DNA of 41,984 bases from a virus (lineage: Duplodnaviria > Caudoviricetes). The notes below the pieces were generated by a model. It was not told where the DNA came from and did no database searches. It was given only the letters and a program-made list of their open reading frames with translations. Below are positions 1-8,817 of this stretch, in pieces (position 1 is the stretch's first letter; every line of letters starts with the position of its first letter). The stretch is taken from positions 1 to 41,984 of IMG/VR virus record IMGVR_UViG_3300017716_002541; one strand, 5' to 3'. Made by a program: the position numbers and the translations under genes.

Positions 1-1
1 A

Positions 2-11
2 CGGCGGGGGC
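2..11. other. candidate cos (cohesive end) sequence CGGCGGGGGC, also at 41968-41977
   Basis: The same 10-mer is at both window ends, between the HNH gene and terS, where HK97-like phages carry cos. Confidence 0.45.
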
Positions 12-62
12 GTTCAAAACCAACGCAAACCGCACTTCCTCGCACACGCGCACGGAGCGACC

Positions 63-536
63 ATGACCCGACGCCAGCGCATCGACAGCGCGACCGGCGC
101 CGTGGCCGTTATGCTGAAGGCGGCGAAGCGCATCAATCCGCCGGCTCATGCTCCGCTGGACGATGACGCTTTGCCGTTCTGGAACGAGATCGTCGCGGCC
201 CGCGCGCATTCGGAGTGGAACGACCACGACCTGACCTGTGCGTCTGACCTGGCCAACGCGATGGCCCAACTGGTCGAGAACCGCCGGATGCTCCGGGCTG
301 AGGGCGAGGTGTTGGAGACCGAAAAGGGGTCGAAGTTCGCCAATCCGCGGGTCTCGGTCGTTCACGGTCTGCACGCCCAGATCAAGTCGGCCCGACAGTC
401 GCTCTACATCCATGGACGCACGGCCGGACGGGTCGAGGACGTGACGCGCCGCAGGGCTCAGGCCCGAGAGATTGAGGCGGGAAGCCCGCTGGCCGGTGAC
501 GACGAAGACCTGCTGGCGCGTCCGACAGTCCAGTGA
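63..536 (+). CDS. terS: terminase small subunit (P27-like)
   Basis: 157 aa, immediately upstream of and overlapping terL; 'G..FANP' motif typical of P27-family TerS. Confidence 0.8.
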   Translation: MTRRQRIDSATGAVAVMLKAAKRINPPAHAPLDDDALPFWNEIVAARAHSEWNDHDLTCASDLANAMAQLVENRRMLRAEGEVLETEKGSKFANPRVSVVHGLHAQIKSARQSLYIHGRTAGRVEDVTRRRAQAREIEAGSPLAGDDEDLLARPTVQ

Positions 537-2059
537 CGCGCGGCGAGCGGGTCGTCCGCTTCATCGAAACCTTCTGCCGTGTTCCTGAAGGGAAGCTGGT
601 CGGAAAGCCGATCCGGCTCGACGGGTGGCAGAAGCGGTTCATCCTCGAGGTCTACGACAACCCAGCCGGGACACGGATCGGCATCCTGTCGATCGCCCGC
701 AAGAACGGGAAGTCGGCGCTGATCGCGGCGATCATGCTGGCGCATCTGGTCGGACCCGAGGCGCGACAGAACAGCCAGATAGTCTCCGGCGCCCGGTCGC
801 GAAAACAGGCGGCGGTCGTCTTCAACCTTGCTGCCAAGATGGTTCAGCTATCCGACCGGCTGCGCCCCATCGTTCGGATCGTGCCGTCCGGGAAGACGCT
901 GCACGGCCTAACGATGCACACCGAGTATCAGGCGCTCGCGGCGGAGGCCGGCACGGCCCACGGGCTTTCTCCGGTCCTCGCTATTCACGACGAGATGGGC
1001 CAGGTCCGGGGCGAGCTCGACGCGTTTATCGAGGCCATCGAGACCGCTCAGGGCGCCTACGACGACGCGCTGCAACTGATCATCTCCACCCAGGCACCCA
1101 ACGACGCCGATATGCTTTCGATCAGGATCGACGACGCGGAGCGGTCCGGCGACCCCACCATCGTCAGCCACGTCTACGCGGCGCCGGAAGATGCGGAACT
1201 GCTGGATCCCCGCGCGTGGAAGGCGGCGAATCCCGCGCTCGGATCGTTCCGGTCTGAGGTCGAGATCACGAACAAGGCGGCCGAAGCGGCGCGGATGCCC
1301 TCGGTCGAGAACAGCTTTCGGAACCTGTACCTAAATCAGCGGGTGACGCGGCACACGCCATTCGTCAGCCCGTCAGTCTGGAAGGCCTGCGCCGGGTCAG
1401 TCGATATGTCGGCCTTCTACGAGGGCCCGGTGTTCGGCGGGCTCGACCTGTCCCTGACGACCGACCTGACCGCGCTGGTCCTGATCGCCCAGAAGGGCGG
1501 GGTCTGGCACGTCCTGCCCGTGTTCTGGACCCCTGAGGCGACGCTCGCTGATCGGGCCAAGAAGGACCGGGCGCCGTACGATGCATGGGTCCGCGACGGC
1601 TTCATGAGGGCCACGCCGGGGCCGGCTGTTGAGTACGACTTCGTCGCCCGCGACATCGCGGAACTGACCGAGGGCATGGACGTCCGGCAAATCGGTTTCG
1701 ATCGCCACCGGATCAAGACGCTTCAGGCGGAGCTCGGACGGATCGACGTCGCCCTTCCGATGCTGGAGTTCGGCCAGGGCTTCGTCAGCATGGGTCCGGC
1801 GGTCGATCGCTGCGAGATTGAGTTCCTGCATCACCGGTTCCGCCACGGCGGTCACCCGGTGCTGACGATGTGCGCGGCGAACGCGATCATCGTTCAAGAC
1901 GCAGCGGGCAATCGCAAGATGGACAAGTCCAAATCGACCGGCCGCATCGACGGCATGGTCAGTCTGGCGATGGCGATCGGCGTCATGGCTTTGGACGCGA
2001 ACGAAGCCGAGGCGGCGTCTCCCTGGGACGACCCGAACTTCAGCCTGGAGGCGGCATGA
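533..2059 (+). CDS. terL: terminase large subunit
   Basis: Walker A IARKNGKS, Walker B AIHDE, nuclease motifs GGLDLS..TDLTA and RIDGMVSLAMA. Confidence 0.97.
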   Translation: MTRGERVVRFIETFCRVPEGKLVGKPIRLDGWQKRFILEVYDNPAGTRIGILSIARKNGKSALIAAIMLAHLVGPEARQNSQIVSGARSRKQAAVVFNLAAKMVQLSDRLRPIVRIVPSGKTLHGLTMHTEYQALAAEAGTAHGLSPVLAIHDEMGQVRGELDAFIEAIETAQGAYDDALQLIISTQAPNDADMLSIRIDDAERSGDPTIVSHVYAAPEDAELLDPRAWKAANPALGSFRSEVEITNKAAEAARMPSVENSFRNLYLNQRVTRHTPFVSPSVWKACAGSVDMSAFYEGPVFGGLDLSLTTDLTALVLIAQKGGVWHVLPVFWTPEATLADRAKKDRAPYDAWVRDGFMRATPGPAVEYDFVARDIAELTEGMDVRQIGFDRHRIKTLQAELGRIDVALPMLEFGQGFVSMGPAVDRCEIEFLHHRFRHGGHPVLTMCAANAIIVQDAAGNRKMDKSKSTGRIDGMVSLAMAIGVMALDANEAEAASPWDDPNFSLEAA

Positions 2060-3327
2060 GCTTTTTCGACCGCTTCCGCAGGGCGCCCGTAGAGGCGCGC
2101 TCGCTGGAGAACCCGTTGGTTCCGATCAGCAACACCGCGGCGCTGATGGCGCTGTTCGGCATTTCTGGCGGCAACCTGCCTACGGTGACCCCGGACAGTG
2201 CACTGACGGTGCCAGCGTGGGCCTGTGCAGTTGGTTTCCTGTCGCGGTCGCTTGGAAATCTCCCGCTTCACGCCTTCGCCGACAAGGGCGAGGCTGGTTC
2301 GGAGCGGGTCACCGGGAAACTGCAAAGGGTCCTGAACGAGGCTCCGAACCCGGAGTGGACCTCGTTCGGCCTGCGGACCTATTTCTGGTCGCAGGTCTTC
2401 GGCTCTTCGGCGGGCCGGGGCCTGCTCTATATCGAGCGCGTCGGCCGCAACGCGGACAGCCTCTGGCCGATGGATGCGACCCAGACAACGGTTCGCCGGG
2501 TCGCGGGGAAGAAGGTCTACACGTTCGCCGGCAAGGACTACGCAGCAGCCGACGTGATCGACGTGCCCTTTCTGCTGAAGGCTGATCAGCTCGGGTCGCA
2601 TGCTCCCCTGACCATGGCGGGCAAGGCGCTGGAGCTGGCGCTGGCCATGGGCGACTACGCCTCCGGGTTCTTCGCCAATGGCGGCGTTCCTCCGCTGGCC
2701 CTGTCAGGACCCATGCCCGCCGGCGCCGACGCGCTGAAGCGGGCGCAGAACGACGTGAAGCGCGCCATCGACGGGGCCAAGTCCCGCGGTGAGGCGATCA
2801 TGCCGATCCCCTCCGGCTACGAACTGAAGCCGGTCGGGTTCGACCCTGAGAAGGGCCAGATGACGGAGGCCAGGCGACTCCAGATCGAAGAGATCGGCCG
2901 GGTGTTCAGCCTGCCGCCGGTGTTCGTCGGAGACCTCACCCACGGGACGTTCTCAAACACGGAGCAGCAAGACCTCCAACTCGTGAAGCACGTCATCGCC
3001 CATTGGGCCAAGGCGTTCGAGGAAGAGTGCAATCTCAAAATCTTCGGCGCGCAGAACAACCGTCGCTACGTCGAGCACTCGCTGGACGCCCTGATGCGCG
3101 GCGACTTCAAGTCGCGGATCGAAGGTCTGGCCCGAGGAATCCAGACGGCCCAGATCACGCCAGACGAAGCCCGCGCGCTGGAAAACCGCCAGCCCTACGC
3201 GAACGGCGTCGGCTCAACCCCGCTTATCCAGGGGGCGACCGTGCCCCTCGGCTCTCAACCCAAGGACGGAGCGACCCCGCCCGCCGACGACACCGGAGGC
3301 CAGAGTGCCGAACAAACCGCAGGGTGA
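2056..3327 (+). CDS. HK97-family portal protein
   Basis: ATG at 2056 overlaps terL stop (ATGA); PNP..T motif, FFANGG, TFSNTEQQ, TPDEARALEN. Confidence 0.95.
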   Translation: MSFFDRFRRAPVEARSLENPLVPISNTAALMALFGISGGNLPTVTPDSALTVPAWACAVGFLSRSLGNLPLHAFADKGEAGSERVTGKLQRVLNEAPNPEWTSFGLRTYFWSQVFGSSAGRGLLYIERVGRNADSLWPMDATQTTVRRVAGKKVYTFAGKDYAAADVIDVPFLLKADQLGSHAPLTMAGKALELALAMGDYASGFFANGGVPPLALSGPMPAGADALKRAQNDVKRAIDGAKSRGEAIMPIPSGYELKPVGFDPEKGQMTEARRLQIEEIGRVFSLPPVFVGDLTHGTFSNTEQQDLQLVKHVIAHWAKAFEEECNLKIFGAQNNRRYVEHSLDALMRGDFKSRIEGLARGIQTAQITPDEARALENRQPYANGVGSTPLIQGATVPLGSQPKDGATPPADDTGGQSAEQTAG

Positions 3328-3916
3328 GACCCGTTCGGTCTCGCAGCCCGTTGAGCAGCGCGCGGACGGAAAGACAATCGCGGGCTACGCCGCGGTCTTT
3401 CGCTCGCCGACCAACATCGGTGGATATTTCACAGAGATCATCGCGCCGGGCGCCTTCACGAAGGCCCTGCAGTCGACAGACGTGCGCGCCCTGTATGACC
3501 ACAAATGGGGCCGGGTTCTGGGTCGGACGAGCACCGGAACCCTGCGCCTGAAGGAAGACGACAAGGGGCTTTCGGCGGAGATCGACCTGCCCGATACGAC
3601 GGACGGCCGCGACGTGCGCGCCCTGATGGAGCGCGGGGATCTGGACGGGATGTCGTTCCAGTTCAGCGCCGTCCGGCAGGAGTGGGACGAGACCACGGAC
3701 CCGCCGACCCGGACTGTTCTGGAGGCCGAACTCTACGAGGTCTCAGTCGTGGCAGACCCCGCATACCTCGACGCGACCGTGGCGCTGCGAAGCCTCGACG
3801 AAGCCCGCAAGTCCGGAGCCGACGAACGCGCCGAGCACAACCGCCGGCAGGCGGAGGCGCGCATCGCGGAACGCCGCGCCGGCGCCGAACAGAAATTCCG
3901 CCGGATCAACGGCTGA
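3305..3916 (+). CDS. HK97-family prohead protease
   Basis: IAGYAAVF, ALYDH, GMSFQF, LYEVSVVADPAY motifs. Confidence 0.95.
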   Translation: MPNKPQGETRSVSQPVEQRADGKTIAGYAAVFRSPTNIGGYFTEIIAPGAFTKALQSTDVRALYDHKWGRVLGRTSTGTLRLKEDDKGLSAEIDLPDTTDGRDVRALMERGDLDGMSFQFSAVRQEWDETTDPPTRTVLEAELYEVSVVADPAYLDATVALRSLDEARKSGADERAEHNRRQAEARIAERRAGAEQKFRRING

Positions 3917-3970
3917 ACCCCTTCCCGCCTAACGGCGGAGCCCATCACCCGCCCTTGGGAAAGGCATCGA

Positions 3971-3996
3971 GGCTCGCCATCCCGGCGGGCCTTTTT
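3971..3996 (+). terminator. intrinsic terminator-like hairpin just upstream of the capsid gene
   Basis: GGCTCGCC-ATCCC-GGCGGGCC followed by TTTTT. Confidence 0.5.
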
Positions 3997-4012
3997 GCTG
4001 GAAAGGCACCCC

Positions 4013-5269
4013 ATGAAGACCCTGACCCAACTGCAAGAAGAGCGCGGCACTCTGGTCACCCAGGCCCGCGCCGCCCTCGACGAGATCAAGGGCAACACCG
4101 ACGAGTCGCGCGCGGCAGAACTGACCGACCGCCACGACAAGATCATGGCCGACTTCGACAAGATCGAGGGCCTGATCGAGCGTGAAGGCCGCGTCGCTGC
4201 TGCCGAAGCCCGCGCTGAAGAAGAGCGCGCCGCCCGCCGTCCGATCCCCGGCGACGGCGAATCCCGTCAGGAAGAAAAGGGCGACGACGACAAATATCGC
4301 TTGGCCTTCCGCGCGATGCTGCTTGCCGGCGGCAACGTCTCCGAACTGGCCGGTGAACACCGGGCCGCCCTGAGGGCGGGCGTGTCCGAGTTCCGCGCTC
4401 AGTCGGTCGGCACCACCACGGCCGGCGGCTTCACCGTGCCGGTGACCCTGGCCGACTTCATCGTCAAATCGATGGCCATGTGGGGCCCGATGTACGACGA
4501 GAACCTGTGCACCACGATCACCACGTCGTCGGGCGAGCAGATCAACATCCCCACCATCGACGACACCGCCACCGCTGTCGCCAAGCACACCGAGAACACC
4601 GCCCTGACTGATGACGGCGGCGTGGATGTCGTGGTCGGCCAGAAGGTGCTCAACGCCTTCATGTTCGACACTGAGTTCGTCCGCTGGTCGCTGGAACTGA
4701 CGCAGGACTCCAACTGGAGCTGGGAACAGCTCCTGGGCGAACTGCTGGGCGAACGACTCGGCCGCCGCGCCAACGTCGAACTGACGACCGGCGACGGCTC
4801 GGGCGATCCCAACGGCATCGTCACCGCCTCGAGCCTCGGCAAGACCGCCGCCGGCGCCTCGGCGATCACCTGCGACGAACTGATCGACCTGCAGCACTCG
4901 GTCGACCCGGCCTACCGCCAGTCGCCCAAGGCCCGGTTCATGTTCAGCGACTCGACGCTGGCGGCGATCCGCAAGCTGAAGGGCGGCGACGGTCAGTACA
5001 TCTGGCAGATGGGCGACATCCGCCAAGGCGTCCCGGGCGCCCTGCTCGGCTCGCCGTACTCGATCAATCAGGCGATGGCCTCGATCGCCACCGGCAACAA
5101 GTCGGTGATCTACGGCGACTTCGGCAAATACTTCGTCCGCAAGGTCGGAGCACCGGTGATCGGCGTGATGCGCGAGCGCTTCTGGCCCGATCTGGGCATC
5201 GCCGGCCTGATCCGTCTGGACGGCGAGCTGGGCGACACCGCCGCGGTCAAGCACCTGATCCAGGCCTGA
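4013..5269 (+). CDS. HK97-fold major capsid protein
   Basis: N-terminal coiled-coil delta domain, GGFTVP, GDGSGDPNGI, LLGSPY, YGDF, RLDG motifs; ATG at 4013 after GAAAGG. Confidence 0.96.
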   Translation: MKTLTQLQEERGTLVTQARAALDEIKGNTDESRAAELTDRHDKIMADFDKIEGLIEREGRVAAAEARAEEERAARRPIPGDGESRQEEKGDDDKYRLAFRAMLLAGGNVSELAGEHRAALRAGVSEFRAQSVGTTTAGGFTVPVTLADFIVKSMAMWGPMYDENLCTTITTSSGEQINIPTIDDTATAVAKHTENTALTDDGGVDVVVGQKVLNAFMFDTEFVRWSLELTQDSNWSWEQLLGELLGERLGRRANVELTTGDGSGDPNGIVTASSLGKTAAGASAITCDELIDLQHSVDPAYRQSPKARFMFSDSTLAAIRKLKGGDGQYIWQMGDIRQGVPGALLGSPYSINQAMASIATGNKSVIYGDFGKYFVRKVGAPVIGVMRERFWPDLGIAGLIRLDGELGDTAAVKHLIQA

Positions 5270-5277
5270 TCCCACTA

Positions 5278-5311
5278 GGGGCGGTCCATACCGGGCCGCC
5301 CCGCCCCTTTC
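5278..5311 (+). terminator. hairpin/terminator after the capsid gene
   Basis: GGGGCGGTCC-ATACC-GGGCCGCCCC, with TTTT a few bases later. Confidence 0.5.
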
Positions 5312-5323
5312 TGGAGATAGGCC

Positions 5324-5776
5324 ATGACCTACAACACAAAGGCCCGCCGCCTCATCGGCGGCGACGCCTACGAAATCGCCAGCGGCGGCCAACTGCTGAG
5401 CCGCGGGCAGGCGCTCTTCGCCCAAGCGGCTCCGGCTGCGAAAACCGTCACCGCCGCGATCACCGCTGCGGAACTGGCCGGGCAGTTGATCACCACCACG
5501 GGCGCGACCGCCCCGTCGATCCACCAGCTGCCGACCGGAACGCTTCTGGCTGCGCAGTTCCCGAACATCGCGGTCGGCGACTCATTCGACTTCACCGTGA
5601 TCAACACCGGAACCGGCGCCAGCGATGACGCCACGATCACGGTCAACACCGGCGTGACCATCGTCGGCAACCCGACCGTGGGCGCGCTGACCGATGCGAC
5701 GATCATCTCCGGGTCGGGCACCTTCCGCGCCCGGTACTCGGCCGCCAACACCTTCGTCGTCTATCGGATCGCCTGA
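5324..5776 (+). CDS. putative head decoration/capsid-associated protein
   Basis: 150 aa Thr/Gly/Ala-rich beta-type protein directly after the capsid gene; GGAG RBS. Confidence 0.55.
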   Translation: MTYNTKARRLIGGDAYEIASGGQLLSRGQALFAQAAPAAKTVTAAITAAELAGQLITTTGATAPSIHQLPTGTLLAAQFPNIAVGDSFDFTVINTGTGASDDATITVNTGVTIVGNPTVGALTDATIISGSGTFRARYSAANTFVVYRIA

Positions 5777-5778
5777 TC

Positions 5779-5958
5779 ATGCGTGTTCGGATGTTGGTCG
5801 GGCTCTCGGGTCCGGCCATCAACCTGACCCCAGGTCAGGAGCATGATTTTGCGGATGCGGAGGCCATCCGTCACATCGAGGCAGGCAACGCCGTGGCGGT
5901 GGCCAAGCCGAAGCTTGAGCGCGCCGTCAAGGCACGTCCTAAGGCGGAGAAGCGGTGA
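5779..5958 (+). CDS. small head-region protein (59 aa, not in ORF track)
   Basis: MRVRMLVGLSGPAINLTPGQEHDFADAEAIRHIEAGNAVAV...; fills the gap, and its stop overlaps the next ATG. Confidence 0.7.
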   Translation: MRVRMLVGLSGPAINLTPGQEHDFADAEAIRHIEAGNAVAVAKPKLERAVKARPKAEKR

Positions 5959-6533
5959 TGTGGCGTCCTGTCGTCGTCACCGTTGCGCCTGCTGCTGAAC
6001 CGCTGACCACGGCGGACGCGAAGGCGCAGGTGCGCGAGGATTCGAGCGACTATGACACCCTGATCGCCTCCTTTGTCGCTGCTGCCCGCGCCCATGTTGA
6101 GGCCCGGACGGCAACGCGGCTCTACACGCAGACCGTCAGTTTCAAGACGGACGATTGGGCCGATCTGGCGCACCTGCCGATCTGTCCGGTCCAGTCGATT
6201 TCGAGCATCTCCTACACGGACACGGCGGGCGACGTGATCTCGCTCTCGACGGACATTTACGAGACGCGGCTGGAGCTTCTGGAGCCTGCCGTCGTCCTGA
6301 AATACAACCAGTCTTGGCCCACCATTCGCACCGGCTCGCTGATCACCGTGACGGCGGTTGTCGGGTACGGCGTGGCTGGCGCGCAACCGCCTGAAGTCAT
6401 CCATGCGATGCGGCTTCTGGTTGGTGACTGGTACGACAACCGCGCGACGGTGGATGACTCGCCCAAGGTTGCGGTTCCAATGGCGGCGGCGGTTGACGCC
6501 CTGCTGGCCAATCACACGCGGTTCCTCATCTGA
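5958..6533 (+). CDS. head-tail connector (gp6/phiE125 gp8-like)
   Basis: EPLTTADAKAQVR, LLVGDWYDNR motifs; position. Confidence 0.88.
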   Translation: MWRPVVVTVAPAAEPLTTADAKAQVREDSSDYDTLIASFVAAARAHVEARTATRLYTQTVSFKTDDWADLAHLPICPVQSISSISYTDTAGDVISLSTDIYETRLELLEPAVVLKYNQSWPTIRTGSLITVTAVVGYGVAGAQPPEVIHAMRLLVGDWYDNRATVDDSPKVAVPMAAAVDALLANHTRFLI

Positions 6534-6868
6534 TGGCCCTGTCCGCCGGAAAGCTGGACCGCAAGATCATCCTGCAGCGGTTCACTGAGACCCGCGACGA
6601 GTTCAACGAGCCGGTGAAGTCGTGGGCGACGCTGGCGACCCGCTCGGCCTCCTATGAGCCGCTGTCGGACGGCGAGAAGTTCCGGGCGTCCGAGACGGCG
6701 GCTGATGCCTCGGCCCGGTTCGTCATCCGCTGGTCGACTGCCACGGCGACGCTCAACCCGAAGGACCGCCTGACCTTTGAGGGCGGTGCCTGGGAGATCG
6801 TCCGCGTGAAGGAGATCGGCCGGCGCGAGGGGCTGGAGATCACCGTCGGGAAGCGAGCCGATGGCTAA
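6533..6868 (+). CDS. head closure / head-tail adaptor (SPP1 gp16-like)
   Basis: AGKLDRKIILQ...FVIRW...GRREGLEI. Confidence 0.9.
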   Translation: MALSAGKLDRKIILQRFTETRDEFNEPVKSWATLATRSASYEPLSDGEKFRASETAADASARFVIRWSTATATLNPKDRLTFEGGAWEIVRVKEIGRREGLEITVGKRADG

Positions 6869-7352
6869 GTATCGCAACGTGAACCTGACCAGGGTTTCGG
6901 TCGATGGCCTCAAGGATCTGGACGCGGCGCTCTCGCAACTTCAGCGGACGGTCGCCAAGACGGTTCTCCGGCGCGTAGCGCGCAGGGCTTTGGAGCCCAT
7001 GCGCGCGGAGGCTCAGCGGCTGGCGCCGGACGATCCGAACACGCCGAACCCTGACCTTGAAAGCTCGATCATCATTTCGTCGCGCCAGAAAAGCGGGCGG
7101 CAAGGTCGGCGTAGTGCGGAGGAAAAGCGCTCTGTCGTTGTCTACATGGGGCCATCTCCTGAGGGCTATCCGCAGGCGGTCATGCAAGAGTTCGGAACGG
7201 TCCACCACCCTCCGCAGCCCTACATGCGACCGGCCTTTGATAGCGAGAAAGACGGAGCCCTTGAGATCATCAAGGCCGACCTTGGCAGTGAGATTCAAAA
7301 GACCGTCCAGCGGCAGGCCCGCAAGGCGGCCCGACTGGCTGCGAAGGGGTAG
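6861..7352 (+). CDS. HK97 gp10-family neck/tail component
   Basis: EFGTVHHPPQPYMRPAFD motif. Confidence 0.9.
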   Translation: MAKYRNVNLTRVSVDGLKDLDAALSQLQRTVAKTVLRRVARRALEPMRAEAQRLAPDDPNTPNPDLESSIIISSRQKSGRQGRRSAEEKRSVVVYMGPSPEGYPQAVMQEFGTVHHPPQPYMRPAFDSEKDGALEIIKADLGSEIQKTVQRQARKAARLAAKG

Positions 7353-7355
7353 CCG

Positions 7356-7748
7356 ATGGAAAGTTCACTCATCGCCAAACTGCTGGCGACAGCGGGTGTG
7401 ACCGCCCTTGTCTCAACCCGCGTGAACTGGTCGCGCCGTCCGCAAGGGGAGCCCCTGCCGGCGGTCGTCCTGCACGTCATCGACCGGATCCCGGACGTAA
7501 CCCATGGCGGTCGCTCCGGCCTGCTGGTCAGCCGGGTCCAGTGTGACTGCTGGGGCGAGACATTCGGCTCGGCCAAAGCGGTCGCCCGGGCGGTCGAAGA
7601 AGCCCTGACCGCCCAGACCTTCACGCAGGGCGCCGTCCGGTTCGACGCCATCCTGATCGACTCCGAACGCAACGACACGTCCGACGAGACCACCCCGCTT
7701 TTCCGCACGTCCCTGGACCTGATGGTCCAGAGCGCCAACGCTTCCTGA
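7356..7748 (+). CDS. tail terminator (DUF3168-like)
   Basis: RVQCDCWG motif; sits just before the tail tube gene. Confidence 0.85.
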   Translation: MESSLIAKLLATAGVTALVSTRVNWSRRPQGEPLPAVVLHVIDRIPDVTHGGRSGLLVSRVQCDCWGETFGSAKAVARAVEEALTAQTFTQGAVRFDAILIDSERNDTSDETTPLFRTSLDLMVQSANAS

Positions 7749-7761
7749 AGGAGAACTACCC

Positions 7762-8181
7762 ATGGCTGCTTCCGCTGCTACGTCGGGCTTCGGCGCGACC
7801 TTCGCCTATCTCTCGACCGACCCGTCGACCTACACCTCGCTGGCCGAGGTGCTGTCGATCACGCCGCCCTCGATCTCGGTCGAGACCATCGAGTCCACGC
7901 ACATGGCCTCCGATGACGGGTTCCGCGAGTTCATCGCCAGCCTGAAGGACGGCGGCGAGTGCGTCGTGACCATGAACTACGTCGAGTCCAGCGCGACCCT
8001 GCTTCAGACGCTGGTTCTCGCCGGTCTGGAGACCTTCAAGATCACGCTGGCCGGCAGCTCGACCCTGATCTTCTCGGGCATTCCGACCGCCTTCGCGATC
8101 GACGACATCGTGATCGACGACAAGATGACCATGAGCCTGACCATCAAGGTCTCCGGCAAGCCCGTCTACGCGGCGGTCTAA
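7762..8181 (+). CDS. major tail tube protein
   Basis: REFIASLKDGG, C-terminal IKVSGKP; AAGGAG RBS. Confidence 0.9.
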   Translation: MAASAATSGFGATFAYLSTDPSTYTSLAEVLSITPPSISVETIESTHMASDDGFREFIASLKDGGECVVTMNYVESSATLLQTLVLAGLETFKITLAGSSTLIFSGIPTAFAIDDIVIDDKMTMSLTIKVSGKPVYAAV

Positions 8182-8182
8182 C

Positions 8183-8566
8183 ATGGCAAACCCTGTGAAG
8201 GGCGAGGCGGGGTTCGATGTCGAAGGCCAAGCGTATGTGCTGGCCTTCGACATCAACGCCATGTGCGAGGTTGAGTACGTCCTCAATCTCTCGACAGATC
8301 AGATCCTGAAAGCCCTCGCGTTCTCGCCGCCGCTTCATGTGGTACGGGCGCTACTCTGGGGCGGGCTTCGTCGCCACCACCCGGACATCGACCTGATCGG
8401 TGCGGGCGCTCTGATTGAAAGCGCGGGCGGCCCCGGTCTCGCGCTGGACAAGATCGGGCAGGCCCTGATCTCCGCCTTCCCGGAGGCGAAGGACGACCCT
8501 GAAAACCCTCGGAAGGGAGCGCCGGCTGGGACTGGCCGTCGCTCCTCACAGCGTGGGTCTCGATAG
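8183..8566 (+). CDS. tail assembly chaperone (G)
   Basis: Position between tail tube and tape measure; contains the slippery heptamer. Confidence 0.8.
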   Translation: MANPVKGEAGFDVEGQAYVLAFDINAMCEVEYVLNLSTDQILKALAFSPPLHVVRALLWGGLRRHHPDIDLIGAGALIESAGGPGLALDKIGQALISAFPEAKDDPENPRKGAPAGTGRRSSQRGSR

Positions 8567-8811
8567 GTCAACCCGAAGAACGGTTCTGGCAGGTTACGCC
8601 GCGCGTCATGGCGCTGGTGTTCGCCGGGGCAGCGGAGCGGTTGAAGCAAGAGCAGCAGGGCCGGGCATGGCTGGCTTGGCACACCGCCGCTCTTCCCCGG
8701 CTCAAGAAGTTCCCGACGCTCGAAAGCCTCACGGGTAGCAAGCGTCAGGCCCGCCGACAGACCGCTTCCGAGATGGACGCGATCTTCAAGGCGTGGGCAG
8801 CGAGAGGTTAG
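8503..8811 (+). CDS. tail assembly chaperone frameshift extension (GT), -1 frame
   Basis: Heptamer A AAC CCT (X XXY YYZ) at 8503-8509; the -1 frame is open from 8503 to 8811 and encodes WDWPSLL...RFWQVTPR. Confidence 0.75.
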   Translation, partial: KPSEGSAGWDWPSLLTAWVSIGQPEERFWQVTPRVMALVFAGAAERLKQEQQGRAWLAWHTAALPRLKKFPTLESLTGSKRQARRQTASEMDAIFKAWAARG

Positions 8812-8817
8812 CGATAC

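Noticed and set aside
3929-5524. Long minus-strand ORF (531 aa) and similar shadow ORFs (9081-9890, 27132-28079, 28076-29035, 37035-38090)
   Set aside because: These are antisense shadows of real genes, expected in GC-rich DNA with strong codon bias, and carry no recognisable motifs
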